Sequence record: MZ779063.1
Reading direction: 5' to 3' (one strand)
Length of the DNA stretch: 64,000 bases
Made by a program: the position numbers and the translations under genes. Shown piece after piece: positions 46,401 to 56,100 of this stretch (position 1 is its first letter; each line of letters starts with the position of its first letter). A model generated the notes under the pieces. The model saw only the letters and a list, made by a program, of their open reading frames with translations. It had not been told where the DNA came from and searched no databases.

Positions 46401-48566
46401 TTATTTATTAATTCTACTGTATATATGACAAAATGTTATGTCGTCTAAATTTACTGTTTCATTTAATAATCTTTCTTTCCAGTTCTCTCCAAGATCATAT
46501 ATCATTTCTGATAATACTTTTTCTGTATAATTTTGTAAAGGAACTAGTTTAGCATCATATTTACTGAATTTTCGTATATAGTTTTCATAACTTAAATCGT
46601 CAGATACATATTTAATAGATTCAAATATATAAGGTTTAAATATCATATATCTATCAAAATCCATATCATCATGAATCATCAATAATTTAGGTAAATAATA
46701 AGATTCAATAGGTACTTTAATTTCTAATCCTTGAATATTATTTTTATAATGAACTTCATATTTTAATTTTCTATCTTTCCAATCAAAATTATTAAGAGCA
46801 TAATGTATAGGTTCTTCTTTAAGGTAATAATCAATTCCATCATTACTATATGATTGAACACTATCAAACGATCTAGGATCGTTATCTGAATCAATATTAT
46901 TTAACTCATTATCTTCATTAGTCATTACATAATCTTCATATATAAAATAATAATTTTTAATATTAGGATACACTAAAGCTTTTTTATTGACATTTGAATG
47001 TTTTTTGACTGTATTTGAATTTATAATAAGAGAATCAAATAAGAAATTATTTTTGTCAGGTGTAGTTATTTGTATATCATTTTCTTTTCTAAGATAAATT
47101 TCATTGATATATTCATCTATATTCATTTCTGGAAATCTCTTATATAAACCTAATGTACATAAATTGTTATGATCTTCATGAACTTTAGCAATATAATTTT
47201 TACCATTAATATTTACTACCGCTTCTTCTTGTTTAGAATTCTTTATTTGATCATTATTAAATTTTCTTCTAAATAATATTTTGAAATCATACATTCCAGA
47301 TTCAGATAAATTTAAAGTATTCTTAACAGTTCCTGTAGTTAAAGAAAATTTATCAGATAAACTACTAACTTCTTCTATATTTGTAGTTTTATTATCTATT
47401 TTAAAAGTTTCTAAAGTTTTACCGGTTCCTTGATTATAAGAATCATTATCTATATAGAAATCTTTAATAGGTACTATAGTTCTAGTTCCTACTTTAAAGT
47501 GATTTTCTTGTTTTGAATAGAAAGGATTTTTAGCTTCAGGAACTTCAACTTCTTCTAATAATATAACGTTTATATCATTTTCTTTAGTAGAGAAGTTTTT
47601 ATCATATTCAAATTTAAATGTGTGAATTCCTTCTTCTAAATATAAAGGCGGTTCTTCAAAATATTCATCTTTAGCATCATCATATTTTTCTAATATAGAT
47701 CTAAACCATAATAAACTTTTATTCGTAGGAGTTCTAAAATAACTTCCCACATTATCTATAAATACTTTATTCACTGTACCATTATTATAATGATTTCCAG
47801 CTTTAAATCTTACTTCATAATGGGATGATTTAGGAATATTAATTTTCATTTCTAATATTCCATCTTCTATAGTCACATATCCTTTTCCTAAGAACCTATC
47901 ATAACCTGAATCTCTCTTATAAGCTCCATCAAATTCACTTTCTCTAGTTCTATAAACATCACCTAGATATGCATCATAGAATATTCTTCCATCTTCTACT
48001 AATCCATTATATATAATGCCATCTATTAATTCAGATTCTTTTAATATTTTTTGATTAAACGCATAGTCTTTAGGATAATTATTATTATCTTTATAGACTG
48101 GTGGATAAGGTTCAATTTTCACCTCACTTTCTACCAGATTGTTAAAATTTAAATCTTCATACTCAATATTACCTATATAATTGGTATCATATATTCTTTC
48201 CATTTTACCTAAGTAATTATAATATATTGTAAATAAATCATATTTTAATTCACCAATTAATTCATAAGGTCTTTCTTCATAAACTAAAACATCTTTAGTT
48301 AATTCATTTTGATTTAATATAGGATTTTCAATTCCATATTCTTTTTTAATATAGGAAGCTGATTCAAATAAATTAACCTCACCATCTTCTTTAAAAGATA
48401 ATTTTTTGTATTCATCAGAATCAAATTCTATTTTTAATAATAATTTTTCTTTCTTTTTAGTTTTAGTTGTAATCAATGGTCTATTTTCATTATCTTTAAT
48501 TTTAGTAATAACGATTTCACCATTATTATTTTTATCAATTAACTCTTCTATTCTATAAAGCTTCAT
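46401..48566 (-). CDS. Protein with tandem CBM6/CBM35-like jelly-roll domains
   Basis: INIPKSSHYEVRF...VFIDN...LYLEEGIHTFKF, and a second LNLSESGMYDFKI...VNING...FDSLII unit. Confidence 0.5.
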   Translation of the reverse strand: MKLYRIEELIDKNNNGEIVITKIKDNENRPLITTKTKKKEKLLLKIEFDSDEYKKLSFKEDGEVNLFESASYIKKEYGIENPILNQNELTKDVLVYEERPYELIGELKYDLFTIYYNYLGKMERIYDTNYIGNIEYEDLNFNNLVESEVKIEPYPPVYKDNNNYPKDYAFNQKILKESELIDGIIYNGLVEDGRIFYDAYLGDVYRTRESEFDGAYKRDSGYDRFLGKGYVTIEDGILEMKINIPKSSHYEVRFKAGNHYNNGTVNKVFIDNVGSYFRTPTNKSLLWFRSILEKYDDAKDEYFEEPPLYLEEGIHTFKFEYDKNFSTKENDINVILLEEVEVPEAKNPFYSKQENHFKVGTRTIVPIKDFYIDNDSYNQGTGKTLETFKIDNKTTNIEEVSSLSDKFSLTTGTVKNTLNLSESGMYDFKILFRRKFNNDQIKNSKQEEAVVNINGKNYIAKVHEDHNNLCTLGLYKRFPEMNIDEYINEIYLRKENDIQITTPDKNNFLFDSLIINSNTVKKHSNVNKKALVYPNIKNYYFIYEDYVMTNEDNELNNIDSDNDPRSFDSVQSYSNDGIDYYLKEEPIHYALNNFDWKDRKLKYEVHYKNNIQGLEIKVPIESYYLPKLLMIHDDMDFDRYMIFKPYIFESIKYVSDDLSYENYIRKFSKYDAKLVPLQNYTEKVLSEMIYDLGENWKERLLNETVNLDDITFCHIYSRINK

Positions 48567-48596
48567 TGTAATAACTCAACTCTCTTCTATAATATT

Positions 48597-50057
48597 TTAT
48601 GATAATGCACTTCCAATAGCACTGTTAGGATGAGGGTTTGCTTGAGATTTATAACCGTAAATAGTATCATCTATTTGTTGTTTAAATACTCTTCCTTTTA
48701 ACACTTGCATACTTCTTGAATACTGATTTTGCATATTAATTTGAGCTTTATCTATAATTGATAGTTGATCTCTTCTAATACCTGCTAAACAATCAATATA
48801 AGAAATTAAACCTGTATTAAATTTCATACGTTGGAATGATTTTGATGCCATTAAGTTAGGGTACATATCTCTTACATTTAGTGAAACTGTTATTTCTCTA
48901 GGGAAACCATCTGCTGTCCATGTACCTTCTTCTCCACGAACTATATTCATTGATGTTATAATACCTGTATGACATTCAAATCTACCAGGACAGTTTGCTC
49001 TAACAATGAATGGTTGTTTATATGAGAAAATAGAATCTTGTAAAGGTAAAGCTAATACCAATAATGACATGAACGGTAAATATACATTTTCAAAAATAGA
49101 TTGAGGATCTCCATACGCACTATAGAATTTAAATTCTAAGTTATAAGTACGGTCAAAAGTTGAGTTCATCCATACATCAGGATAATACATTGATGCTCCA
49201 TCTAAATTTTCCATAAAGTTACCAACTATACCACCTAATACTGGCATATTTGCAACCATATCATTAATGCTATCTTTAATAGATCTTGTAATTTTACCTA
49301 AAATAGAAGCTCCTCCAATACGAGCCATTTCTTTTTCTTCACGTATTTCTTGGTTTTTATTATTAATCTGAGAAGCTATATCAGATTGATTATACTCATG
49401 CATTGCTGATTCAGATACACTAGTAGCTTTATCCGCATAATAAGCTAAACCATAGTTTTTGTCATCTAAAGATCCACCTAAATCAAATGATCCTTTTAAT
49501 CCCATAGATGCATGTAATTGACTTCCCATGGTTTGTACGTATTTATAATATTCACTCATTTTAGGTTCAAAACTAACCATACGTCCATCTTTAGTATTAC
49601 CTATACCAACTAATCCAGCTGTAGTATTTGCCAATCTATCTAAACCTTCTCCAAAACTCCATAATTTACCTTCACCCGGTTTACCAAATAGTTTACCGTT
49701 CAATTTAGGCATACCTGGCATTATAAATACTAAAGGTAAGTCTAATTCAAATGTTCTTTTATATATTCTTCTATTAGGGTCATCTAAACTAGAGTAGTAC
49801 ATAGGCATTCCAAATACATCTAGTTCACCTTTAACATTTCTCAATTTAGTTTTATCGGAAGCACCATATTCAGAAATATTACGAGTATTACCTGTAGCAT
49901 CTTTAAATACACCTAAATCATTCTGACTTGGATCATATTCTTGGAAATCATAATCACCTTTAGTTTCATCAGGTTTAGGTATTAAAGCAATATCGTCATC
50001 ACTAATATCTAAAGGTTTCGTACTACCTTTTTCATTTTTATCTTTTTCTTCTGCCAA
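48597..50057 (-). CDS. Baseplate hub / tail-tube initiator-like virion protein
   Basis: YPDVWMNSTFDRTYNLEFKF...PFIVRANCPG...GIITSMNIVRG...GFPREITVSLNVRD resembles T4 gp48/gp54-like tube-cap folds; directly after the tape measures. Confidence 0.55.
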   Translation of the reverse strand: MAEEKDKNEKGSTKPLDISDDDIALIPKPDETKGDYDFQEYDPSQNDLGVFKDATGNTRNISEYGASDKTKLRNVKGELDVFGMPMYYSSLDDPNRRIYKRTFELDLPLVFIMPGMPKLNGKLFGKPGEGKLWSFGEGLDRLANTTAGLVGIGNTKDGRMVSFEPKMSEYYKYVQTMGSQLHASMGLKGSFDLGGSLDDKNYGLAYYADKATSVSESAMHEYNQSDIASQINNKNQEIREEKEMARIGGASILGKITRSIKDSINDMVANMPVLGGIVGNFMENLDGASMYYPDVWMNSTFDRTYNLEFKFYSAYGDPQSIFENVYLPFMSLLVLALPLQDSIFSYKQPFIVRANCPGRFECHTGIITSMNIVRGEEGTWTADGFPREITVSLNVRDMYPNLMASKSFQRMKFNTGLISYIDCLAGIRRDQLSIIDKAQINMQNQYSRSMQVLKGRVFKQQIDDTIYGYKSQANPHPNSAIGSALS

Positions 50058-50098
50058 TATTATTCACTTCCTTTAATTTCATTTATTTTGAAATAATA

Positions 50099-50138
50099 TA
50101 TGCGGATATGACATATAATAAACTGTCATATCCGCATA
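50099..50138 (-). terminator. 15-bp hairpin after tape measure A
   Basis: TATGCGGATATGACA / TGTCATATCCGCATA perfect stem; weak U tract. Confidence 0.6.
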
Positions 50139-50188
50139 ATCTTTACTATATAAAAGAGTTGTTCTTCTATTTATTCAAATTATTAACT

Positions 50189-53100
50189 TTATTTACCTGA
50201 AAATACTGGTATAGCAGATCTCACGTCAATATTGAATTGATCTCCATAAGCTCTATTAATAGCTTCTTGAAGATCAGAATCTCCTTGTGAAGGTCCATTA
50301 TTATTACCTGGATTGATAATAATAGTACTTCCGTTTCCATTATTACCACCTGTACCAGGATTATATGGATCATTAGGATTAACAATGACATTACCATTAT
50401 TATTACCATTATTGCCATTAGCTCCATTGTTTCCATTTTGTCCATTATTTCCAGTATTGCCGTTGCTACCATTATTTCCATTTGCACCGTTAATAATATC
50501 TGGATTATTTTGTAAATTATCTTTAATGATTCTATCAATTTCTTTATTAATTTCTTTGATAATTACATTACCTTTAGAATCAACTAAGTCACCTTTATTA
50601 TTGATAGTCGTGTTATTAAAGATATTATCACCTTTATTAATAGTAGTGTTATTACCTTTAAATGACATTTTTCTAAGTTGATCTAACATCTTAGCTGTAT
50701 TTTTATCAATATTACTTGTATGCTTAGTAATTTCATCTAAATCCATACGTTTTTGCTTATCAACTTTCATAGGTCCATTTTTGTAAGATACTGTAGAATT
50801 GTTATAATTATTGGTAATATTATAAATATTTCTTACAGTATTATTATCGCCTTGAATTGTTTGATGAGTAGTAGAATTGTTGGTTGTAGTTCCTGGTGAA
50901 GTATAGTTATTATTAACTATAGTAGAATTAGTATTTCCACCATTATTAATTACAGTACTTCCGCCAGAAGAACTTCCTGATCCTTGTTGTTGAGATTGAT
51001 TTGGCATTGATGAAGATGACCCATCTTGACCATTTGCACCAGATTGACCATCAGAACCACTAGATCCTGATGAACCTGAAGAACCAGAGTCTCCTGATTC
51101 CCCATCTTCTCCATCAGACCCTGATGAACCTGATTCAGATTTCTTCTTACCAGCTTCAGATTTAAGCTTTTCTTGTTGTTCTTGGTCTATTTTTTTGGCT
51201 TCTTCGTAATCAATACCATATATTTGAGCGTAACGTTTCATTAAACGGTCATTTAATGCTTCTTGTTCTTCTTCATCCATACGGTTATCGTCACGTCCAG
51301 TAATGGATCCGTACCAAGTACCATTTTTGAAACTATATTCTGAAGCTCCTGGTGAATCTCCTGATTCTGAACTTTCATCACTTGAGCTTCCGCTATCAGA
51401 ACCTCCTTCACCATATCTCATATAACCATCAATTCCCCATTTAGGGTTTTTATATTTATTAGCACTGTTAATAACAACACCATCAACACCATTAGCCTCT
51501 ACTTGTTTACCTCCACCAATGTACATTGTAACGTGTTCTATATTATCACATAAAATAATGTCACCTGGTTTAAGGTCTTTGGGGCTTTTAGCTTTAATTT
51601 TCTTAAAAGGCGTATCTCCATTCCAGAATGAATGAGTAGTGGCGTTCTTATCCATATCTAAACCAGCTTTTACATAAGCTCTAGCTATCAAACTAGAACA
51701 GTCAAAAGAATTAGCTCCTTGTCTGTTAGGTTGTGAATATTTTGCACCAACCTGTTTCTTAGCCCATGCAACAGCTTTATCAATTTTGGCTTTTTGACTT
51801 CCGCCACCGCCACCGCCTCTTTGTATAGGTGGATTACCTTTAATTATTCCTGTTCTACGTGAGCTTTTGTTTTTTCCTGATGTAGATGAAACCATGTTAG
51901 AAAATTTACTAATATCATTTGTATCAGCTATAACTGAACCGGCCCCACCTCCGCCAGCTCCTCCACCTTTTTTCTTAGTAGATTTTTTATCAGAACCACT
52001 GAATTTTTTGATAAAAGCATTACCAGAAGAAATACGTGACCCTAAAGCAGGAACACCGGCTCTTTCATATTTACTTACCCAAGAAGCAGCTGCTTGTTCT
52101 ACTGTTTTAGTAGTTTTAAGGTGAGATAAGGCAGCACTTTCTGATCCACTTAATTCTTTCCATAAATAATCCAATTGTAAGTCTAAATCAGACCATTTTT
52201 TACCTTTTTCTTTAGCATATTTCATTAAACCTTGTCTACGAGTATTATCCCATTGAGCAATACCAATACCATAACCAGAAATAGCACTATTAGCTTTTGC
52301 TTCATCAAATTTGGCATCTCCTTGAACACGATCAGCTTTCATTCCAGATTCATGTGCAAAGTTACCTAAAACACCAGCAACTTGTTCATTAGAAAGTCCT
52401 TTATCTTTAAGGAAATTCCAAATTTTCTCTGCACCTTCACCTTCAATTCCAGCTGCATCACTTCCTGAAGATGATGCTGAACTTGATGAAGATGATCCAG
52501 ATCCGGCCATAAATCCAGCCATGATATCATTCATCATACCGCCTAATTTATCGAACCAATCACCAATAGTATTAACTACTTCTCCTCCTGGTTCATTTAT
52601 ATCTAGTTTAGATTTTTTCTTTTTCTTCTTACTTAATAAAGAATAGAAAGGTGACATACGCATCATAGTCTCTGCTAATTTCTTAGGTGTTTTCTTAAGT
52701 TTACTCATGAGATTTTTAGGCATTAATTTATTCATTTGATGACCAATTCTACCCATTACAGATAATGGAGAATCTTTCATAGCTCCATCTACATCTTTCT
52801 TGATAGAATCTCTAGTTTTTCCTGCTGACTCTTCTACTTGTTTTTTAGCATCTTTACTAGCTTTATCTGACATGCCTTGCATTTCTGCTATTTCTTTTTT
52901 AGCTCTATCAGATGCTTCGCCTTCAATTCCTTCTTGATATGAACTTAATTCTTCTTTACTAGCTTCAGTCATTTCTTTACTCATATTTCCCATTTCTTCT
53001 TCATGACTAGAGAATTTATCTTTTAACCATCCCCAACCAGATTTAATTAATCCAGTTCCTCCTTGAAGAAGCATAGAAGTCATACCAGTTAAATTACTTA

Positions 53101-56077
53101 AGCCTTTACCAGCTAATGCCAAAGGAGCCATCAATAACATAGAAGCTCCGCCAACAACTTTTTTAATCAATCCTCCAAAGCCACTTGATTTTTCTTCCAT
53201 AGCCATATCAGTTTGATCTCCAAAGCTTTTAGCCATACCTGTAGTTTTCTGAACCATATTCATACCTAAACCAAATGCCGGTTTTACAATTGATTTATAT
53301 AATCCCATTCCAGCTAATCCCAATAAAGGAGTAGAAGCTAATAATGGATTATCTTTAATAAAACCACCTATAATTGAAGATTTATCTAAAGAACCATTCA
53401 TTTTAGTATCAACTGAAGGATCAACTGCAAAATTTTCTCCACCAGGTTGAGTTGAATCTAATTTTTCTTGTTCTTTTTTAGTCTTAGAAGGGTGATCATT
53501 GAATCCAATAATACTACCTAATGTCTTAATTGGGTGTTTTAAAGATTCAATAGGGTTGGCTATAGTTCTAATAATGTCTGGGCCAGCTAATGCTAATGAT
53601 GCAATTTGTCCAACTACAGGAATAGCATTTACACCAACACGAGCACCTACTTTAGCTCCTGCTTTAAGTAATCCTTTACCTATAGCTTTTTTAGCACCTT
53701 TTCCAGCAGCCATTTTAGCAGCTCTAGCTTTAAGTTTCCCTTTAAGTCTACTACCTGCACCGGCCATTAAAGCACCACCGGCAGCAAATTTACCAGTTAA
53801 AGAACCACCCATACTAGTTATTTTACCACCTAATTTAGTATTAGATAATTTACCTATTTTTTCTTTAACAAGGTCTTTACCTTTATTTTTATATTTATCA
53901 AATTTTTCTTTGACATGTTTATTACTATCAATAAGATCTTGAACGTCTCCTACTTTATCTGCAAAATCTTTATCATCTGAAGTGTCAGAAGCTTTCGTTT
54001 GTCCATTTTCTAAAGTTTGTTCATTAGGAATAATAGTAGATCTATTATCCTCATCATTAATATTATCATTTCTTCTTGTACTATCAGATTGTCTACTTTG
54101 ATTTGGACTAGAAGATGTTGTAGAAGTATTTTTATTTAAAGTTTGTTCTCTAGGATCTATTTCTCTAGAAACATTTTCATTAGGTTGATTTACATCACTA
54201 ATTATACCACTTGAATTTTTATCACTAGAATTACTACTATATCTTTGTTCAGGTATTTTATTATTTATTCTAGATACAATTTGTTTAATTTCACTTATAT
54301 CTTTATTAACGATATTAAAGCTAATATTATCATATACTGTATCTTTATTAGTGCTAAGAATACCGCTTCTATTTTCATTATTTAATTTAGAAGTAATATT
54401 TTTAGAAATACCTTTTCTTTGATTTTCATCATTAAGAGCATTTATAGAACTACTAGATAATCTCTTCTTAATATCTTTAGATTCTTTATTTAATTGCATT
54501 CTAGTTTTAGTTAAACTAGTTTTAGCTTCTTTATCATTAAATAATTTATCTAGAAGAATATTAAATGGATCATTAGGATCATTTGATTTAATTTGATCAA
54601 GTTCATTGCTTTTATTAATATTTTTAGAAATGATTTCTTTAATCTTAGATGTAGCTTTATTTTTATTATCTTCATTACTGAAAAGATCAATACCCATTTC
54701 AGAAGCTATATTTTCAAATTCTTTAGTAAAACTAGATTCTTTGATAGTTTTATTAACTTTTTCTTCTATATCATCTTTAATAGACTTGGAAGTTTTAAAT
54801 GAACCTGAATCATAGTCATAATGAATTTCTTGTCCATCTTCTGAAGTTAAACCAACTATTTTAGATAGATAACCAGGTATAACTGTATTAAGCGTATTAT
54901 GAGTTTCCACATCAAAAGCAACTTTTTGATGTCTGTCTTTTCTGTTAGCAGTTGATATACCACCAGTTACACTATCAAATATTTTGTCAATTAATTTACT
55001 TTTACCTGATTTAACATCTTCAAGAAGATCATCTCTTCTTTTATCTCTTTTTCTTTGTTTATCACCATTATCATTATCACTAAAAGGACTAAATTTCTTA
55101 TTAGCAAATTTACCAACAGCTTTTTCTATGAAAGTATTTTCATTATTAAGAAAATCAAAAGCTTTACCTTTAGCTACATCAACTAAACCTAAACTTTTAA
55201 TACCTTGTTTTTTAGAACCAATAACTTCTTTAAGTAATTCAGTTCCTTGTTTTTTAATAAAGTCTTTAGCTTTATCTTTGAATCCTTCTTCTTGAGATCC
55301 TTCTAATATACTTGATAAAGTTATATTAGATAAGAATAGATCTTCTAATGAATTACTATTTTTAATTTCAGATATATTCTTAATTTTAGTATTCTGTCTA
55401 ATAGCATTACTAGTTTGAATTAAACCATTTAAGTTTTGGAACATACTTTCTCTAATACTATCGTTAGCTTCTCTCATTAAATTAAGATTATCAATCATAG
55501 AAGTAAATCCGGTAGTATTTATTTGAGAAAGATTAGATACAGAAGAAGTTAATAGAGCTGTAGATTTAGCAGAAGAACCACCATCATTAATAACTGTTGT
55601 AGAAGATACTATTTTAGATTTATTATCATCTTCTTCATCAAAGTCATCAAATTCAAAATCTCCATCTAAAGAATCATCTGTGTCAGAATCCATATCTGAA
55701 AAACTATCATCAAAACCAAAATCTTCAAAATCACCACCGATATCCATACCCATGTTATTGAAGTCTTTTAGTGATCCTTTATCTTGGATAGTTTCTCCAG
55801 TTTTAAAGGTATTTTTAGTAGATTCTAAAGCTTCTTTAGATAAATCTTTAGTAGATTCACTTATCTTTTGTAATTGTTTTTTCTTTTTATTCTTTAATTC
55901 TTTGACAGCTTTTAATGGATTATTTTGATCCATCATACGTTTCATGTCATTAGACTTCATTTTATTTAAATTTTTGTTAAATTCAATATCTATATATTTT
56001 CTAGAAGATTTAGAGGAGGAGTTATTTCTAAACTCCTTCTCTATCTTGCTAGTGTTAAATTTCTTATCTCTAGCCAA
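50189..56077 (-). CDS. Tape-measure-like virion protein A with phage-tail lysozyme and NlpC/P60 domains
   Basis: IWNFLKDKGLSNEQVAGVLGNFAHESG...GIAQW (Phage_lysozyme2, ~52000-52440); FDCSSL...PGDII..EHVTMY (NlpC/P60, ~51410-51795); FDVETH..VIPGYL conserved block. Confidence 0.85.
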   Translation of the reverse strand: MARDKKFNTSKIEKEFRNNSSSKSSRKYIDIEFNKNLNKMKSNDMKRMMDQNNPLKAVKELKNKKKKQLQKISESTKDLSKEALESTKNTFKTGETIQDKGSLKDFNNMGMDIGGDFEDFGFDDSFSDMDSDTDDSLDGDFEFDDFDEEDDNKSKIVSSTTVINDGGSSAKSTALLTSSVSNLSQINTTGFTSMIDNLNLMREANDSIRESMFQNLNGLIQTSNAIRQNTKIKNISEIKNSNSLEDLFLSNITLSSILEGSQEEGFKDKAKDFIKKQGTELLKEVIGSKKQGIKSLGLVDVAKGKAFDFLNNENTFIEKAVGKFANKKFSPFSDNDNGDKQRKRDKRRDDLLEDVKSGKSKLIDKIFDSVTGGISTANRKDRHQKVAFDVETHNTLNTVIPGYLSKIVGLTSEDGQEIHYDYDSGSFKTSKSIKDDIEEKVNKTIKESSFTKEFENIASEMGIDLFSNEDNKNKATSKIKEIISKNINKSNELDQIKSNDPNDPFNILLDKLFNDKEAKTSLTKTRMQLNKESKDIKKRLSSSSINALNDENQRKGISKNITSKLNNENRSGILSTNKDTVYDNISFNIVNKDISEIKQIVSRINNKIPEQRYSSNSSDKNSSGIISDVNQPNENVSREIDPREQTLNKNTSTTSSSPNQSRQSDSTRRNDNINDEDNRSTIIPNEQTLENGQTKASDTSDDKDFADKVGDVQDLIDSNKHVKEKFDKYKNKGKDLVKEKIGKLSNTKLGGKITSMGGSLTGKFAAGGALMAGAGSRLKGKLKARAAKMAAGKGAKKAIGKGLLKAGAKVGARVGVNAIPVVGQIASLALAGPDIIRTIANPIESLKHPIKTLGSIIGFNDHPSKTKKEQEKLDSTQPGGENFAVDPSVDTKMNGSLDKSSIIGGFIKDNPLLASTPLLGLAGMGLYKSIVKPAFGLGMNMVQKTTGMAKSFGDQTDMAMEEKSSGFGGLIKKVVGGASMLLMAPLALAGKGLSNLTGMTSMLLQGGTGLIKSGWGWLKDKFSSHEEEMGNMSKEMTEASKEELSSYQEGIEGEASDRAKKEIAEMQGMSDKASKDAKKQVEESAGKTRDSIKKDVDGAMKDSPLSVMGRIGHQMNKLMPKNLMSKLKKTPKKLAETMMRMSPFYSLLSKKKKKKSKLDINEPGGEVVNTIGDWFDKLGGMMNDIMAGFMAGSGSSSSSSASSSGSDAAGIEGEGAEKIWNFLKDKGLSNEQVAGVLGNFAHESGMKADRVQGDAKFDEAKANSAISGYGIGIAQWDNTRRQGLMKYAKEKGKKWSDLDLQLDYLWKELSGSESAALSHLKTTKTVEQAAASWVSKYERAGVPALGSRISSGNAFIKKFSGSDKKSTKKKGGGAGGGGAGSVIADTNDISKFSNMVSSTSGKNKSSRRTGIIKGNPPIQRGGGGGGSQKAKIDKAVAWAKKQVGAKYSQPNRQGANSFDCSSLIARAYVKAGLDMDKNATTHSFWNGDTPFKKIKAKSPKDLKPGDIILCDNIEHVTMYIGGGKQVEANGVDGVVINSANKYKNPKWGIDGYMRYGEGGSDSGSSSDESSESGDSPGASEYSFKNGTWYGSITGRDDNRMDEEEQEALNDRLMKRYAQIYGIDYEEAKKIDQEQQEKLKSEAGKKKSESGSSGSDGEDGESGDSGSSGSSGSSGSDGQSGANGQDGSSSSMPNQSQQQGSGSSSGGSTVINNGGNTNSTIVNNNYTSPGTTTNNSTTHQTIQGDNNTVRNIYNITNNYNNSTVSYKNGPMKVDKQKRMDLDEITKHTSNIDKNTAKMLDQLRKMSFKGNNTTINKGDNIFNNTTINNKGDLVDSKGNVIIKEINKEIDRIIKDNLQNNPDIINGANGNNGSNGNTGNNGQNGNNGANGNNGNNNGNVIVNPNDPYNPGTGGNNGNGSTIIINPGNNNGPSQGDSDLQEAINRAYGDQFNIDVRSAIPVFSGK
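51120..51352. repeat. 233-bp segment duplicated at 56597-56829
   Basis: Same length, no indels, 3 amino-acid differences in 78; most nucleotide differences are synonymous. Confidence 0.95.
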
Positions 56078-56100
56078 TTATTAGTTCCACCTCCTGCTAT

